This document shows, one piece after another, positions 50,655 to 64,000 of a stretch of 64,000 nt of DNA (the stretch's first letter is position 1; every line of letters starts with the position of its first letter). Below the pieces are notes generated by a model. That model ran no database searches, was not told where the DNA came from, and saw only the letters and a list, made by a program, of their open reading frames with translations. Made by a program: the position numbers and the translations under genes. The stretch is from Phoronis australis (Eukaryota > Animalia > Phoronida): positions 744,001 to 808,000 of the forward strand of contig NMRA01000148.1 of the NCBI GenBank assembly GCA_002633005.1, in the 5' to 3' direction.

Positions 50655-53600
50655 CTAGGAAAAGAGAGAACATAAATCAAAAGGGCTTGTTAGAGCAACA
50701 ATTTTCAACCTGTGATATCTATAGCCGTTCAGATAGGTAAATTTAGTTAAAAAATTGTGTAACACCATATATGATTGATGCTCAGGAGTGTTGACTCAGC
50801 AGTGGCCTACACGTCCAATGGTGTTCTGTACATGCATGGATTCCACTTATCAACTATTTGGAGTAAAAATCACTAATCCTTTTTCCACTGGAGTAATTAA
50901 GATCTAGGCACACTTGTTGTTTTGCTTCATAGAAGTGCCCACAACTGGAATGCTTCAGGAAGATCATCACTGAACTTGACACCATCTGAGAAGTAGGCCT
51001 AACCATATACAGAACCCAACTTTGAAGGGGTGTTACATGAAAAGGATTTTTCTCTGGTTTAATGAAAAAGGTGAAGTAATTAGTTTAAAGTATTCTAATT
51101 GGATGCACTTGAATTATCTTCCTGAGATTTTTAAAAAATGTCAAAAAATAAGATTTTAGAAGGAAGTTAAAATAATGTATGTTGCAATTCTCCACATGTT
51201 CTCTCTGAATATGATAGTTGGCCAGCCAAATTGAAGTCATTTTGAAACTGTAAATAAGGTCCAGCAGGTTTGTTGAGTCAGTCTGGTCAATCAAAACCTT
51301 ATAAATTGTTTCAATTGAGAGAAAAACATTTAATGTCCTACTGGGCAAAGAGGGCCAAGCCTCAGTGGAAAACCAGCCCATTGCTTGAGCCAACATAGGC
51401 TGTTACATAATGTACAGTCCTGAACAGATGTGGATAAATCAAAATTATACAAAGAAACAAGATGCAAAAGCAAGAAAATATCTCATGAAAAGAATCTTAT
51501 GTTGACACTCACACCAGTCGAGATTTGGCAACTCTACTGGTTTACGTGCCTGAAAATTTGCTTTGCTGGAATTAATCAAAGACACCGTGCTATTATAGTT
51601 GATTACATCGCCTCAGACTGCTGATATTATCATTCTCCAGCCCAATAAACAGACCCATAATAAACACACTGGGGGTGACGATAGTCTTTTTAAATTTTCG
51701 TTTTGAAAGTTTTTAAATAACATATTTGAACAGTTAGTGAAAATTTATGCATGTGATTAGGTTTTTGAATTTTGAAATTCGGACAAGAAATCAATGACTT
51801 TTACAAACTAAAACTTTTGTATAATCTTGCCATATTATGATCCTCATGAATTCTGCTGAAATTTACAATTAGCACATTACATCATGATATCCGTTTTTAG
51901 TGCCATGCAAAAACGGTTAAATTATCATGCTTTCCTTTTGTCACATATTACTATATCTTACAACCAAAGTACCTGTGTTTCCACTTGTATCACCAGCCTT
52001 CTTAGCTCTTTTCTCTCTCGAGGCCCTTGGCCTGAAACAAGCAACCACCACAGATAACATTAGATTTCATTTTTTGCAATAATATGCCACACAACAAAAT
52101 ATTTAAGAGTAAAGTACCCAAATTCCCATCCCCTTATGTGTACTGCATCCCTGCAAAAGAATTTCAATAGCGTCCTCCCCCCGCAGGAAGCGAGGTCTCA
52201 ACTCAAATCTGAATGTCAATGTGGTTTTGGTCCACCCCTTAATTAGTAATGAAAGAACCAGAGACAGAATGGTTTTATCAGTGCATAATTTAGTTAGGCA
52301 TTTTATAAGCTCAGCTTGGATTTTGCAATAATATATATAGAGAACGTCACCGTCCAAACTGACTTTCCATGCAGGAAGTGAGTTCTTCAGTTAACATTGA
52401 GTTTTATTGTAAGGTACACATTCCTTCTGCATACAATGAAAAACAAGACAAACACATAAACACTCACCTATGAGACTTTCTGTCATCATCACTATCACTA
52501 GAACTTGTCAAGGATGACATGGACGGCGTCCTTGACCTCACAGGTGGTGGGGATGGGGACTGTCTGGTCACGTGAGTCAGATCCGACGCATTACTCTTAG
52601 CACTCTTGGGTCTATATTTAGGACCTGATGCGTTACTCCTCCCACTCGCAGGCCTTGCTGATTCCGAATCTGCCTTTGTATTCCCTGGATGTACCTTGTC
52701 ATCAGAGGCATTACTGCTGGCACTCAAAGGTCGCGAGCTTGGCGTTTTGTGGTTAGAAGTGGCACTCTTAGGCCTGTTACCAAACTTGCGATCGGAGGAG
52801 TCGCTACTAGCACTGGTAGGTCTGTGATTGGTCTCATTTATAGCTCCCTTATGATCCTCATCTGGTTGAGCAGCACTCTCTTTAGTTTGCTCTCCTGGCT
52901 CATCAGTGTTTTTGGTATTTTCACCCTGTATTTTCATGCTACGGTCAGAATCATGACTTTTTGCACTTGCAGGTCTACCATCCACACTGGTTACCCCATC
53001 AACAGTCTCCTTTTCAGCCTGACTTGATTGTTCCTGATTACTTTCACTTTGAGGTTCATGGTCACTTCCATTCCCTTTTCTTCTTTTTGCAACAGTTTTA
53101 GCTTCATCAACATATTTGCTGGAGTCATCTGACTGCTTGTCATTAACTGATGGAACACTGTTTACCTCTTCATTGCCAGCTTCATTGTCTCCTTCTGGGT
53201 GACGCACCTCTGTACCATTCTCCTCTGACACATGTGTACTGTCAGCCGTATTCTTTTCAGATGCAGCACCATCTTTAACATCAGTAGCAGCAGAACCAGC
53301 CTCCTTACTGTCATCCGTAATGGTCGGCGTATTACCACCACTGCCACCAACCTTGTTACAGCTTCCATTTTTCTTAAAAGTCGACTTATCGCTGTCTTTA
53401 CTATCTGATGACTCTGAGCCAGACATCTTGGGAGATTTGTCATGTTTCTTTTGCTTACTCTTTCTGTCATTCTCCTTCATTTCCTGACCCTGCAACTTGT
53501 CACTGTTTTTAGATTTATCGTCAACATCACTGTGGTCACTGGATTTATTACCATTGGATGTCTGCTTTTTACTGGCCTCTTTCTCCATTCTTTGGTCAGT

Positions 53601-56600
53601 ACCGGAATCCTGAGAGGTGTTGCTTTTTCCACTTCTAAGTGTTCCCCCTGTAGAAGGTCTCTTGGTTCTCGGTGAGCTTGAACCACTCTTTGAACGTGGT
53701 GTCTCGGTACACTGCTCAACTTCACCAAACTGTTTCTTCCTTGGACCCTGTATGTACTTCATGTATTTCAGGTACTCGTGGTGGGTGAAAAATCCTAGAA
53801 AACACAGAGTGTACATTTATGAGCCCCTGAGTAGATTTTACTCTTAAAAATACATATGAAATGGTTTCTGTTGTAGGGAAGCACCTACAGATCGGCACTA
53901 CTTCAGCTAGACCATGCTTGTCACATAAGAAGACCTGCAGTGACGAAGTCATCTTATCAAGCCTCATCTCTAACAACAACAAACCCATCAGTTCTTCCCT
54001 AGCCAAGGAAGAGAAAAGTTAAAATCAAAGGTTACGGGCCTGAAATCAAAACTTGTTTTTTATGGAAAGCTGGTTTGTATCAAAGGTGATATGAACCAGC
54101 TTTCAGGCAAAAAACTAGCATTTCTCACTTAATCAGGGTATATGCCTCATGCACCTCTCCCACTATGCCATAAAGAACTTAATTTTTCATATGACATTTC
54201 AAGCTTATAAAGACTTGCCCAACCTCATCTTCCATGCCTTTTTAAAGAATTTAATTGTTAATATTACTACTCAAACCATACTAATTACGGTTTCTTACCT
54301 CGCCTTCTCTCTCGTGTTATCAGCTGCTCATATCTATCCTGGTTGAGCACTTTAAGTTGAGCAGTGCTATACACCCGGGCAATGTCCCACATGTATCTTT
54401 GTTGTCCACGAGTAAAGTCCGGGTGGTGTAAGTACTGGTGTCTGCGGAAAGAGGGCGGCACCGTTTTTGGTCGAGGTTGCTTGGGCTTGTTGTTCTCAAG
54501 ACTGCTCCATCTTGCATCAGACGACACCTGACAGTCGTAATGATGCCATTCGTTGACATGAGAGCCATCTGTAGTAGAAAACATACATTACTTAAAGCCA
54601 CAAAGCTACAGCTAGTAAATTTCATCTAGTGTTTTTAATTAATTTCTTTGCTCTGACAACCAGATTTTGACAGGAAATGACAGCCTACAAGATCCAATGT
54701 ATTTAGTCCAGAGTGTGTGCGTAGTATATCTAATACTGTTGCAAGTGTTTGGTGTCGCACATATCTTAGCAAGATTTCGATAGAGACATTTGTTCACGTG
54801 ACAAACTTTTGCGAGAAATAATCACGGGTACAACCTGGGAAGATCTAAGAATATAAACATTGTAAAATCCAGAAAAAAGTGTTATGGAACAAATTTCATA
54901 TTGAATTACAGAGCTATTGTCTAGAAACAGCTTCCTGGTGTGAAGATGAACACGAACTTTAAATTTATACCTTGACTGCTGGCGGACTGAGTTCTGTTTG
55001 TGTCATGTGCAAAGTTTGAAAGTGTACAAGCCTCAGTTATATATTTTACGTATTACTGAACTGTTGATTTTTAAATCTGTTTTTCAAATGTTAGTGATCT
55101 TAGTTGATATATAGTTAGTGTTTTCTTTTACCAAGTAAAAGCATCTGGATACAAAACCCAGAAATGTCCAAACAGTAGTAATACTAAATGTAAAACAACA
55201 CTGCACTGTGGGAAACATGGGATGTTGGGATATCAATCATTGTACTCACTTGAGAACTTAACAGGGGGTCTCTGTGTGGTGTTTATCCAGGCCCCAGAGA
55301 GAGGGACAACATGCTCTGGTTGATATCTTGGAGAGCTGGAGTCAAGGCACTTTATGTGTTTCGTACTATCATATGCTGTATCTGCAACAGAAGACCGGCC
55401 TCAGTATCTCCTGCATGCTATGTTCAGGACTGTTTGGAAGTTGAGTGGACTTTTTAATTTAGAGAAGTAATTAGGGGCATGTTCGGACATTTGCAGTGCA
55501 TAAATGTAATTGAAATTGTGAATTTTCTCTCATAGGTTACTTCACATTCCAACCTCGCCGACAAAACACTTCAATGGCGGCCATTTTGCTAGTCTTCGTC
55601 TGTAAGGTCTCAATTAAGCTTACTCATGAAACACATGCCATTCACTTACATGATTTTATGTGCTCTAACAAAACTTGCATGAAACTAGGCATGCAAAGCA
55701 TAAACAAGATTGTAAAGACATGTTCATGTATCTACATTGGGTGTTTGAATCAAATTATTGTTTAAAATTTAAAATCAATTGTAGCTTATTCCCAAGCATG
55801 TAACAGTCTTCATAACTCCTTAAAGGAATTTTTATTCAAATGGAGAACTGGAAAACTTTGTAATATGATTATTTATTTTCATCAACAACAAGAACTTTTG
55901 AAGCAGCCTTGGGAAATTTTTGTGAATGCTTAGTTAACTGTAAACAAAATGCATTATGTAAACGCAAGAAATCACCTACTTTTAAAATGGCGCTCTGGAT
56001 CTGGACTTGGACTGAAATAAACATGTTTAATTATTGTTAACACACATTCCATTAACAGATGCACATTTTCCACTGGTAAATGTGGCAAACTCATAAAATT
56101 CAATAACAACTCAATTAACTTTATAATAATTCGTACCTCATCAAAAACCTAAACCAGTTGGTACAGTGCATTGCAATGAAATCTATATTTCAGAAAATTT
56201 CACACATATTCATGAATACAAAAATACCTTACAATATCATACTGAACCTCAAAATTAACAAGTTCTTTGAAAGAAACAGCTGCAATGTTCAAATTTTATA
56301 CAATGGCCAATTTTGTTTACTTAGTGTAACTTTAAAAAATAATCTTTTCCCAAAACCACAGATGCACACAATGTACCTGTTAGAGCATGCAGGGGATTGT
56401 CCACGCAGTCTGGTCTGGAAAAGAATGAATATTCAATTAAACCAGCTACAAACCTGCCTTCCGTCAAAAATTTAACTTTTGATTTAGACAGCCTACCATT
56501 ACGTAACTGGCTTCAAATTATTCCCTAGTGACCTCAGAAGTGATTTTGCCTTAGAAAAAATGAGAATTAGAAATTGCTCAAGACCAGACTCTACAAGCTG

Positions 56601-58122
56601 GCAAGGTCTCAAGAAATAAAGAACTGTCTGTTTTCCCAAGCTCAGAAACCATGTGTCATATGCGTGAGGAACAAGGCAAGACCAGCTTTAGAGCAGTAAG
56701 TGATCGAAATCAAAGATAGTTTCTTTGATGGAACATGGGCTCCTGGCAGATTTAAAGCCCAAAAGAATGAAAGCGTATGTAGAATACCGTGTTTACCAAT
56801 GAGTCTGTCATATATGCACTTTCAAAACCAAGACAACTGAATGCGGTGCCAGACAAAATACACACCATACGTTTCGCACAAAAATGGTGAAACGCTTTTT
56901 ATGTTTTTTTTTCATATATATATATCCATCCAATTGTGCCCTAAACTCAAAAAAATTACAAAATGGCTGTTATGGGTGTTTTTCAATAAGATATATCACT
57001 AACCAAAGCAAATGGTGTTTTGTTGAACTGTCCCTTAATTTGTTTTAGGCAAACATAATTTTGCTGTAAAGCAAATGCAAACTGTGGAAGGTACTCAGAC
57101 ACATCCAATGAAAATGTCAGATATCCATGAATAAATAAAGTTAGAAATGGCAAGCCTCAGTCACAGCAACAGAAACAATCAATAGTGTCGTTCCCATGTG
57201 AAAATTGGTGGAAAAAATCTCGTGTATTTTTTCAAGCAAACTAGCACAAGGAAAAATTTTTGCATTGGGACACAAATTTGCCGGGATTCTGAATTCTACC
57301 AAATTTCACTTCATTAATGCCAGGAAAAATTATTAGTAAGTTACGTGGTTTGTTGATTCAATTAAAATTCATTGTTATTTGTATCATAAAGCCACCAGTG
57401 TTGGTGCATGTTTTGTACCACACTGTGTAGTGTCAGTGTCTGCCAATAGGGGAGATATAACTTTCTGGTGGTCATGAACCCTCTGGGAACACAACAGTTT
57501 GCGAAATAAATCCGATGAATTTGTTCCTCAAAATATTTCTGGGATTTCAAAATACATGTGATCGGCACTACTGGAAAAACCCAGGAACGATGGCCCTTTG
57601 TAACACTCCAGAATTTGCTTCCAATCATCTCACTAAAATTTAATGACACCCTGAGTGCAGCTTCAGTGAAAACTGAACTACTGTAGTATCAGATGAAATA
57701 TCTACAACCGAAACATTCAGCTTTATGATAGTTTTGATGCACACTGGAATATGCTATCTGTTAAAACAAAAATAAAAATGAAAAATATCACCAAACCTTG
57801 ATAAAATGTTAGTCACCACATTTCATGTCATTCAAACATCGATTGCCCTCTTCGGATAAATTTTATTTTAAACCACAACAATAATTCAAATTGTCAATTT
57901 TATTTTCAGTTTCTTATGTACGATTGCTTTTAAAATTTTTGAGTCAAATCGTAATGTATTTATTATTTCAATCATTTTTGCTGTCAATGTAATATAAATC
58001 TATTAATCAAAAAACCCACCTTATTTGACTTGTTGTTTAGAATTATCATACATGACGGAGTGTTTCCAATATCGTATATCTTAGCAACAGGACTGTCGCT
58101 AGGCCACTTCTTATCTGTAACC
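50554..58122 (-). CDS. FAM216-like domain protein with long low-complexity C-terminus, spliced gene span (8 exons; 5' end uncertain)
   Basis: Exons 58122-58020, 56414-56377, 56011-55980, 55381-55250, 54568-54299, 53794-52468, 52031-51973 and 50654-50554 all have GT-AG borders and join in frame (about 680 codons). HPDFTRGQQRYMWDIARVYS resembles the recalled FAM216 motif HPDLTxGQKRYLxSIAKIYN. A possible start ATG lies at 58049. Confidence 0.75.
51973..52031 (-). CDS. FAM216-like gene exon
   Basis: tttcag|...|gtactt; PRASREKRAKKAGDTSGNT. Confidence 0.7.
52468..53794 (-). CDS. FAM216-like gene large exon (Ser/Asp/Lys/Glu-rich disordered region)
   Basis: ttctag|...|gtgagt; 1327-nt exon lying within the 450-aa ORF. 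Confidence 0.88.
54299..54568 (-). CDS. FAM216-like gene exon (FAM216-like motif)
   Basis: ctacag|...|gtaaga; RPKTVPPSF...HPDFTRGQQRYMWDIARVYSTAQLKVLNQDRYEQLI. Confidence 0.85.
55250..55381 (-). CDS. FAM216-like gene exon
   Basis: ttgcag|...|gtgagt; TAYDSTKHIKCLDSSSPRYQPEHVVPLSGAWINTTQRPPVKFS. Confidence 0.7.
55980..56011 (-). CDS. FAM216-like gene 32-nt small exon
   Basis: tttcag|...|gtaggt; PSPDPERHFK; bridges phase 2 to phase 1. Confidence 0.55.
56377..56414 (-). CDS. FAM216-like gene 38-nt small exon
   Basis: ttccag|ACCAGACTG...AACAG|gtacat; TRLRGQSPACSN; bridges phase 0 to phase 2. Confidence 0.55.
58020..58122 (-). CDS. FAM216-like gene exon (may contain the start codon at 58049)
   Basis: tttttgcag| acceptor, |gtggg donor; VTDKKWPSDSPVAKIYDIGNTPSCMIILNNKSNK. 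Confidence 0.6.
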
Positions 58123-61100
58123 CTGCAAAAATAAAAAATCACAAAGTCACATGAGATTCTGTGTTGATAAAGTGAAAGAAAAATCTGTTAAAATTGAATT
58201 TTAATTCAAATATGATTAATAGTGTGAAAAAAACTGCACTTTATTGTAAACTTTCTCAAATACAGTTATCTCGAATACAGAGTAGGGTATTGGTGGTGGT
58301 GAATATGCCATAAAAATCCAGAGGGTTCAGCATCTATTTTGCAACTTCTGTATTTAGTCAGACTTGCTCCCAAGCTTCAAGGGTTCGCAAAGCTCACACA
58401 GGATTATTTGATTTCAAAGAGCCAAGTAATTTTTTAATTAAAATGGCAAAAATAAAACCATAATATTTGGTGCCTCTCTGAACTCAATTCAATACTTTTA
58501 TAAAGTTGTGTTATACAGTAAAATCTCATTAATATAGAACTCACTATAACGGACAAGTGAAATTTGTTTATTCGTGAAAGATATGCAACAATAAAATAAT
58601 GCTATTACATGTTCAAGGTCTGTACCATAGCCACCAACAGAAAATATTGTGAAAAACTTCGGGCATTTACTACAATGTTAAAAGCTTATTAAAAATTATA
58701 AGAAGGATATTTTGGTAATTACTTTTGTCTAAAATTGGTGAGATTCTACCAGAAAATATGAGTACACCAAGATTAACTTCATTTAGTATTTGCCACGTCG
58801 CCACCATGTATGAATCAGACCTGAAAACACCACTACATCTGAACTATAATCAAAAATAATCTACAACAAAAATGCCACCTGACAACTTCATACTTAAAAA
58901 TTTTGTTGTCCTCAGAATTCTGTTGTCACGCAATCAGGCCACCATCCGATGTTCTACTCGCAAAATTTGCAAATTTTCACTTTGAATCGCCCATGCTCAG
59001 CTTAACGCCTGGCCCCATATTCATTAAGATTATAACTTCATCAAACAATCTATTATTTTGCTAATTGTCTACAAAACTATAATTTTGAACTCTCAGTAAA
59101 CAAAATATGAATCAAAGTAGAAAGCCTCTGGAATTTATTGTTTGACTTTAAACCAAACTGCCATTAACTGGATTTTAGTATCTGAAAATTTCAATCAGCC
59201 ATTTCTGAGACATGATGTTTGGATGTTTGTCAAATCTGGGCATTTTTCTAAGGTTCAACAACATTAAAAGTACCAGTGTCATTGTGGCACTTATCTCGCG
59301 AAAATTTTAGCTCCCAAAACTTATGTAACTCCCTTAGCTTTGAGTTACATGCGTTCCTCTGCTTCAGCGGAACTTTGTTGCATTCAGGTCGGAAAATATC
59401 AGCTCTTTACAAAGAGGCGTGAAATTGTGCTTTTGTCTCACATATATTCAACCATTATGGTACTTGTTTACAAAAAAAAATGGTGAACACATTTGCATAA
59501 GCAAATTGACCGTTCGGGTAATGCTCACCCTCGACTGTTTAAAAATTTAGTGTTTTAAATGCCCATAATTGGCTTCGCACCCACCGTGACTTTTGAGTTC
59601 TCCATCAAACAGGATAGGTATGGTATGCTTTTGTTTCAGGGTACTCCATGGCATCAGGTATGGGGAAATGTACACAGAGGTGCTAACATTGTCACCACTC
59701 ACAAAAAGAATTATTGAAGAAAATAACACCACTGTTTAAAGCAATACAACTGTGAATTGAACCATATTTTTCTTTGCAACAGGCCTTGCCAGTCAATTAT
59801 TACCAGGGTTTATTTTCTTTTCTAGGGTCAACAGACATTACTAGTGAACTGTAAAGGTATTGCTCTCCTTACAGTCAACTTTAAACACTGTTGTCATGGG
59901 TTTGTTATTCCAAGGGTATTATGTGGTTTAGGAGTTTGTTTTTACAGTCAAATCATAGTATGGTGATAAGTCTGGGTGTTGTACCAAGCTCAACATAGTC
60001 TATAGATGATATCAGTCATAACAGTTAATTTTGATTATAATGCCAAAAGCACCATCCTCATGGCAAGGTTGTCAACAATAGTTTATAATTCCCAAATCTG
60101 ACATAGTAATTATCAATTTCATGACATAGGGACAGGAGTCTGTAAAAATTCTTCTTATAAAGTACAAGCCAAAGCATTCAGATAAAATAACCCGGAATTC
60201 CCTGTCATGACAGCTTAGAAGACGCCCATAACCAGAGTAATCTCTCCTCAAGGGGACTAACAGCAAAGTTAGTAAGGTGGTTAAGCCATTCTGTAATTAG
60301 AATTTTGTGCCCCCTAATAGTTATTACCAACTATGTTTTCTGTCAACAGAATTAGATGTCATGACAGGGAAGCAGTATATTGTCTGATCACTTTTGTCTT
60401 GTACTGTAATTTAGACATGAAACTTCATCTGCAGAAACTCAGTTTTACATCATGCACTGAACCATACTTGGAAGTGCTTATCTACAGGACCTTTAAAAAC
60501 TGTCAGAAATTAATTAAAAAATGATTTTTACAATAGTCATGATTGTTTTCAGGCCTCAAAAATGCCCAGGTCATTACACTTGCTATCAAAACTTCTAGTT
60601 CAGTCAGAAAAAAACATACAAGAGTAAAGTGGCTAACTGCTAAACAAATAACTAGAAAAATGACCAAACTGTCAAACTTGCAACACCTCAGAAATGGCTG
60701 GTTGACTCACGTGAAACTTTAAGAATAGATTCCTTGCTTTAAGGACTGTTCTCCAAAACATGGTCAGGAATTGTCATTTAAATTAATAAATTCACTTTTG
60801 CATGAAAAGTACTAAAAAAGGACTTACATGATTTTTGTGAAAAACAAAAATATAAAGCTGCATAAATCAGAAACGAAATGATAACCTAGAAAAACGTAAT
60901 AGTATTTTGAGATTTCATCATGAATATTTATAACAAATGAAATTTGGCCATGTTATGTATACTGTCATTTTGCTACGATTGAACCTTTCTGTTTTGTTAT
61001 ATTTTACTTAAATACGACATAGTCATATGACCCATTCAGTGGCAGATTGGTATCAAGTCAAAAACCCAAATCTACTGACTTCCAGCTTTCAGAAAGTATT

Positions 61101-61199
61101 TACCAGTACACTTTTCTTGAGTTAAATGCTATATGTTTGTACATATTTGACTGACTACACAAACTTGTTGATAAGGACCTACATAACATTAAGACTATC

Positions 61200-61357
61200 C
61201 AGTGGTGGATTTAAGGGGGGGGCCAACGGGGGCCATGGTTCCCCCTAAAATTATCCCATATTCCATTTGGCACGTCCGGGGTGCGAATGTCTGATCGGCA
61301 AAATCCTGGCTAATACTCTGCCATATCCCCCCAATCAAAATCCTGGATCCGCACCTG
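61200..61357. mobile_element. hAT-like MITE
   Basis: CAGTGGTGGATTTA...TGGATCCGCACCTG imperfect inverted ends with G/C-run interior; no clear target-site duplication. Confidence 0.5.
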
Positions 61358-61800
61358 TTATCATACAGCAAAATTACTAAAAACCTTTCCTTTAACACAA
61401 ATGTTCAGACTCAATGTCCATTGGTGGATTTAAATTGGTTATAGAACATAAAAATCATAAAGCCTTTCTTTGGTCCAACTAAGTTTTTTACGAGAAATTG
61501 GAGAAACAAAATTTCATTATTCCACCATACTCTGTCACAAGCATCCTTTTCTCATTGCAACTCCTTTCTTACAAGCCCTAGTTCTTTTCTTTTTAATCGC
61601 AATTCAGTTCTCATACACTGCCTTTCGTTTCACAGTGGATAGGAGACACATATTGCATGTGCAAGACAACATGTAACCCCTGCTTGGCAACATCCCAGTA
61701 TGCGAAACAAAAGAGAAGAATTGCTGCACATGAGAAAAGAACTGCAGCTCGTGAGAAAATAAGTGCGTTCACTGAAAGAATGCTGTTTATGAGAACGCTC

Positions 61801-61950
61801 TTGTGGGACCCACCCTTGTGGCACCCACCCTAGTGAAACTCACCCTGGCGGGGACTGGGAACCCACCCTTGTGGGGATCTTCCCTTGCATGGGACTCACT
61901 CTTGCAGGTACCAGACTGGCAAGGACCCACCCTTGTGGGGGACCCACCCG
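61801..61950. repeat. Degenerate ~15-bp GC-rich minisatellite (TTGTGGGACCCACCC)
   Basis: About 8-9 diverged units visible. Confidence 0.7.
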
Positions 61951-62836
61951 TGACTGAGATAGATAGTCCAGACCTGCCAACCGACTCTATTAAAAGGACA
62001 AGGCTTAGACATCCACACATTAATCAGGTTCAAGAGATCCATTAACTTTTGTCAACAAGAGACAGTTCTGAATTTCATTGATCATCAAATTATGAATGCC
62101 CAATCTACGTAAGTGCAACTTTGTTTGGTATTTCCCTCTAGATTAACTCTGCTCTATAACTTCAGCAGTTGCTATTAGATACAAACCATTCGCTCAATAC
62201 AACTTTTATGATCAGTTAGCAAATTTTATGAATAAAACATGATATAATGAGAGCTGTTAGAGTTAGTAATCGACAGCCCATTGATACATTAATTAACGGT
62301 TTCAATCACGTATTAACAACAATTGAAAAGGTCCCAAACAAAGAAATGGTGCATCAGAGGCAGATACATCTGTAAAAATTTGTAAACATCCCTTTAATTG
62401 ACTTAAGTGTCAAGTGCATTTTAAAGTGACATTATTCGTGAGAAAAGAACTTTCTTAGATCTCCACCAGCATGGATTCGAACTGGGAACTTTCACGTTTA
62501 CAGCAAACACTCTGCTGATGAGCTGAATCGGACTCGTTAATTAACAATGCCTTGATGTCAGTGAAGAACAGCAGACATTGGCAACAATCAGTGATATGTA
62601 ATAAAATGTAGGTTATTGCACATACCTTGTTGTTATATGACGTCATACCAAGCATACCTGTGTCAGTTAAGCAACAAGATTATCTGTGGTAGGGAACATG
62701 CCCAATAAAATTTTCCACCATACACAAGAATTTACTCCACCAGGAGACTACACATCAACCATGAAATACAGCCTCAACCATTGTACATGGATTGGTTTTA
62801 CTTTCCCGTATTTCACGGCATATTTAACAGCACATT

Positions 62837-62974
62837 CAGGGCTCGACATAACGAGCTGCAGGTCGCATTTGCGACCTGGCATTTACGAATGCGAGCTGGA
62901 TTTTGAAAATGCGACCTGGGATTTTGGCTAGGTCGCAAAATGCGACCTGGCGATTTTATTAGCGTCGAGCCCTG
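62837..62974. mobile_element. hAT-like MITE with 5-bp target-site duplication
   Basis: ACATT|CAGGGCTCGAC...GTCGAGCCCTG|ACATT; internal GCGACCTGG repeats in both orientations. Confidence 0.7.
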
Positions 62975-64000
62975 ACATTGAATGCCTGTATTTACACATC
63001 CATGTGATAACCACAAAAACACAAAAGATTTTATTGTTTCACAGCTCTAGTCAAACCTAATGACTTCAAAAAGTCTATCCCACAAAACAGTAATCCCAAA
63101 ACGCATTTTTTGGCTATAAAAATAAGGTCTCTTTGAAATACTCATAGCAATATCCATAGCTTTAGGGTCCTAACTCAATTTACCACAAATATGAATACGA
63201 AAATTGTAAACCCAACACTTCATTCACACTTTAACTTTGCGACTCCAATCTTCAATTTGAAATTCTGATTATAAATCGACGAAACAGGGATTCTGCAGTA
63301 ATGTTTGATAAATGATTATATTTATTTATATTCAGGTAGTCAGGGATACAAGTGCAGGGATATTCCTGTGTCTAGTTGTTCTATTTCACAAGACACACAG
63401 GACAAATGTTTGAGAAACACCCCCCTTTTAGGACTAATTGCACATGAAGTATATAAACAGAAAACCAACAAAACAACTTTAATTCCAGTGGCTCCCTAAA
63501 AGTTACCAAGGAAACCTACAAGGAAGCCAGGTGAAAAATAATCATTTGAAAACTAGCTGGACACTTAAACATACAAGATCCTAATTGGGAAAGATTTCAA
63601 TAATCTGAGAATAGCCCCACAAGATTTGTAAAGCAACGTCTCCTGCTCATTTCATAAGGCTGTCAATTCAAATACTCAAAGAACAGCCTCAGCAACAGAC
63701 CTTTGGTGATCAAATGCAATATACTTCTAGGAACCGCAGGTCATGTGATATTTAAGCATATCACCTGTAAATCATCAATGCTTGTACGTGACACCAAACA
63801 CACATAAATAGGCTTATCAAAGTTTAAGGGAAATACCATTTGGCAACAGGAGTCATATTTTCTATGTAATCACGAATATGATGAAGTATTTAATTATTGT
63901 AGATAATAACACTGGGGTATTAAGCAGGGCCACCATAGCTACACCATAACAACACTAAACAAATCAAATAACGGTAATCGAATGATCTTTACACCCCCTG

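Noticed and set aside
52606-53847. Several plus-strand and alternate-frame ORFs
   Set aside because: Shadow frames of the large low-complexity minus-strand exon
61787-62045. ORFs on both strands over the CACCC minisatellite as upstream exons of the FAM216-like gene
   Set aside because: Open frames are explained by GC-rich repeat composition, and no convincing splice sites link them to 58122

Overview
AT-rich eukaryotic genomic DNA with GT-AG introns, most likely from an invertebrate animal; the species cannot be determined from the sequence. Three genes are supported. (1) A + strand ANKFY1/Rabankyrin-5 orthologue (coiled coil-BTB-ankyrin repeats-FYVE) with 22 coding exons from 7332 to the TAG at 45265 and consistent splice phases; its short first exon was not found. 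(2) A class A GPCR with an uninterrupted CDS (37137-38201, - strand), nested antisense in a 7.6-kb ANKFY1 intron and carrying non-canonical activation motifs. (3) A convergent - strand gene (8 exons, 58122 to 50554) encoding a FAM216-like domain followed by a long low-complexity tail with repeated RPxSA motifs. The introns hold three Penelope-like retroelement remnants with inverted terminal repeats and hammerhead-like motifs, and a Helentron-type non-autonomous element whose tandem units carry CTCF-like motifs. They also hold PIF/Harbinger-, Kolobok-, Tc1/mariner- and hAT-like non-autonomous elements and several tandem repeats. All assignments come from manual reading and recalled family knowledge; no searches were run.
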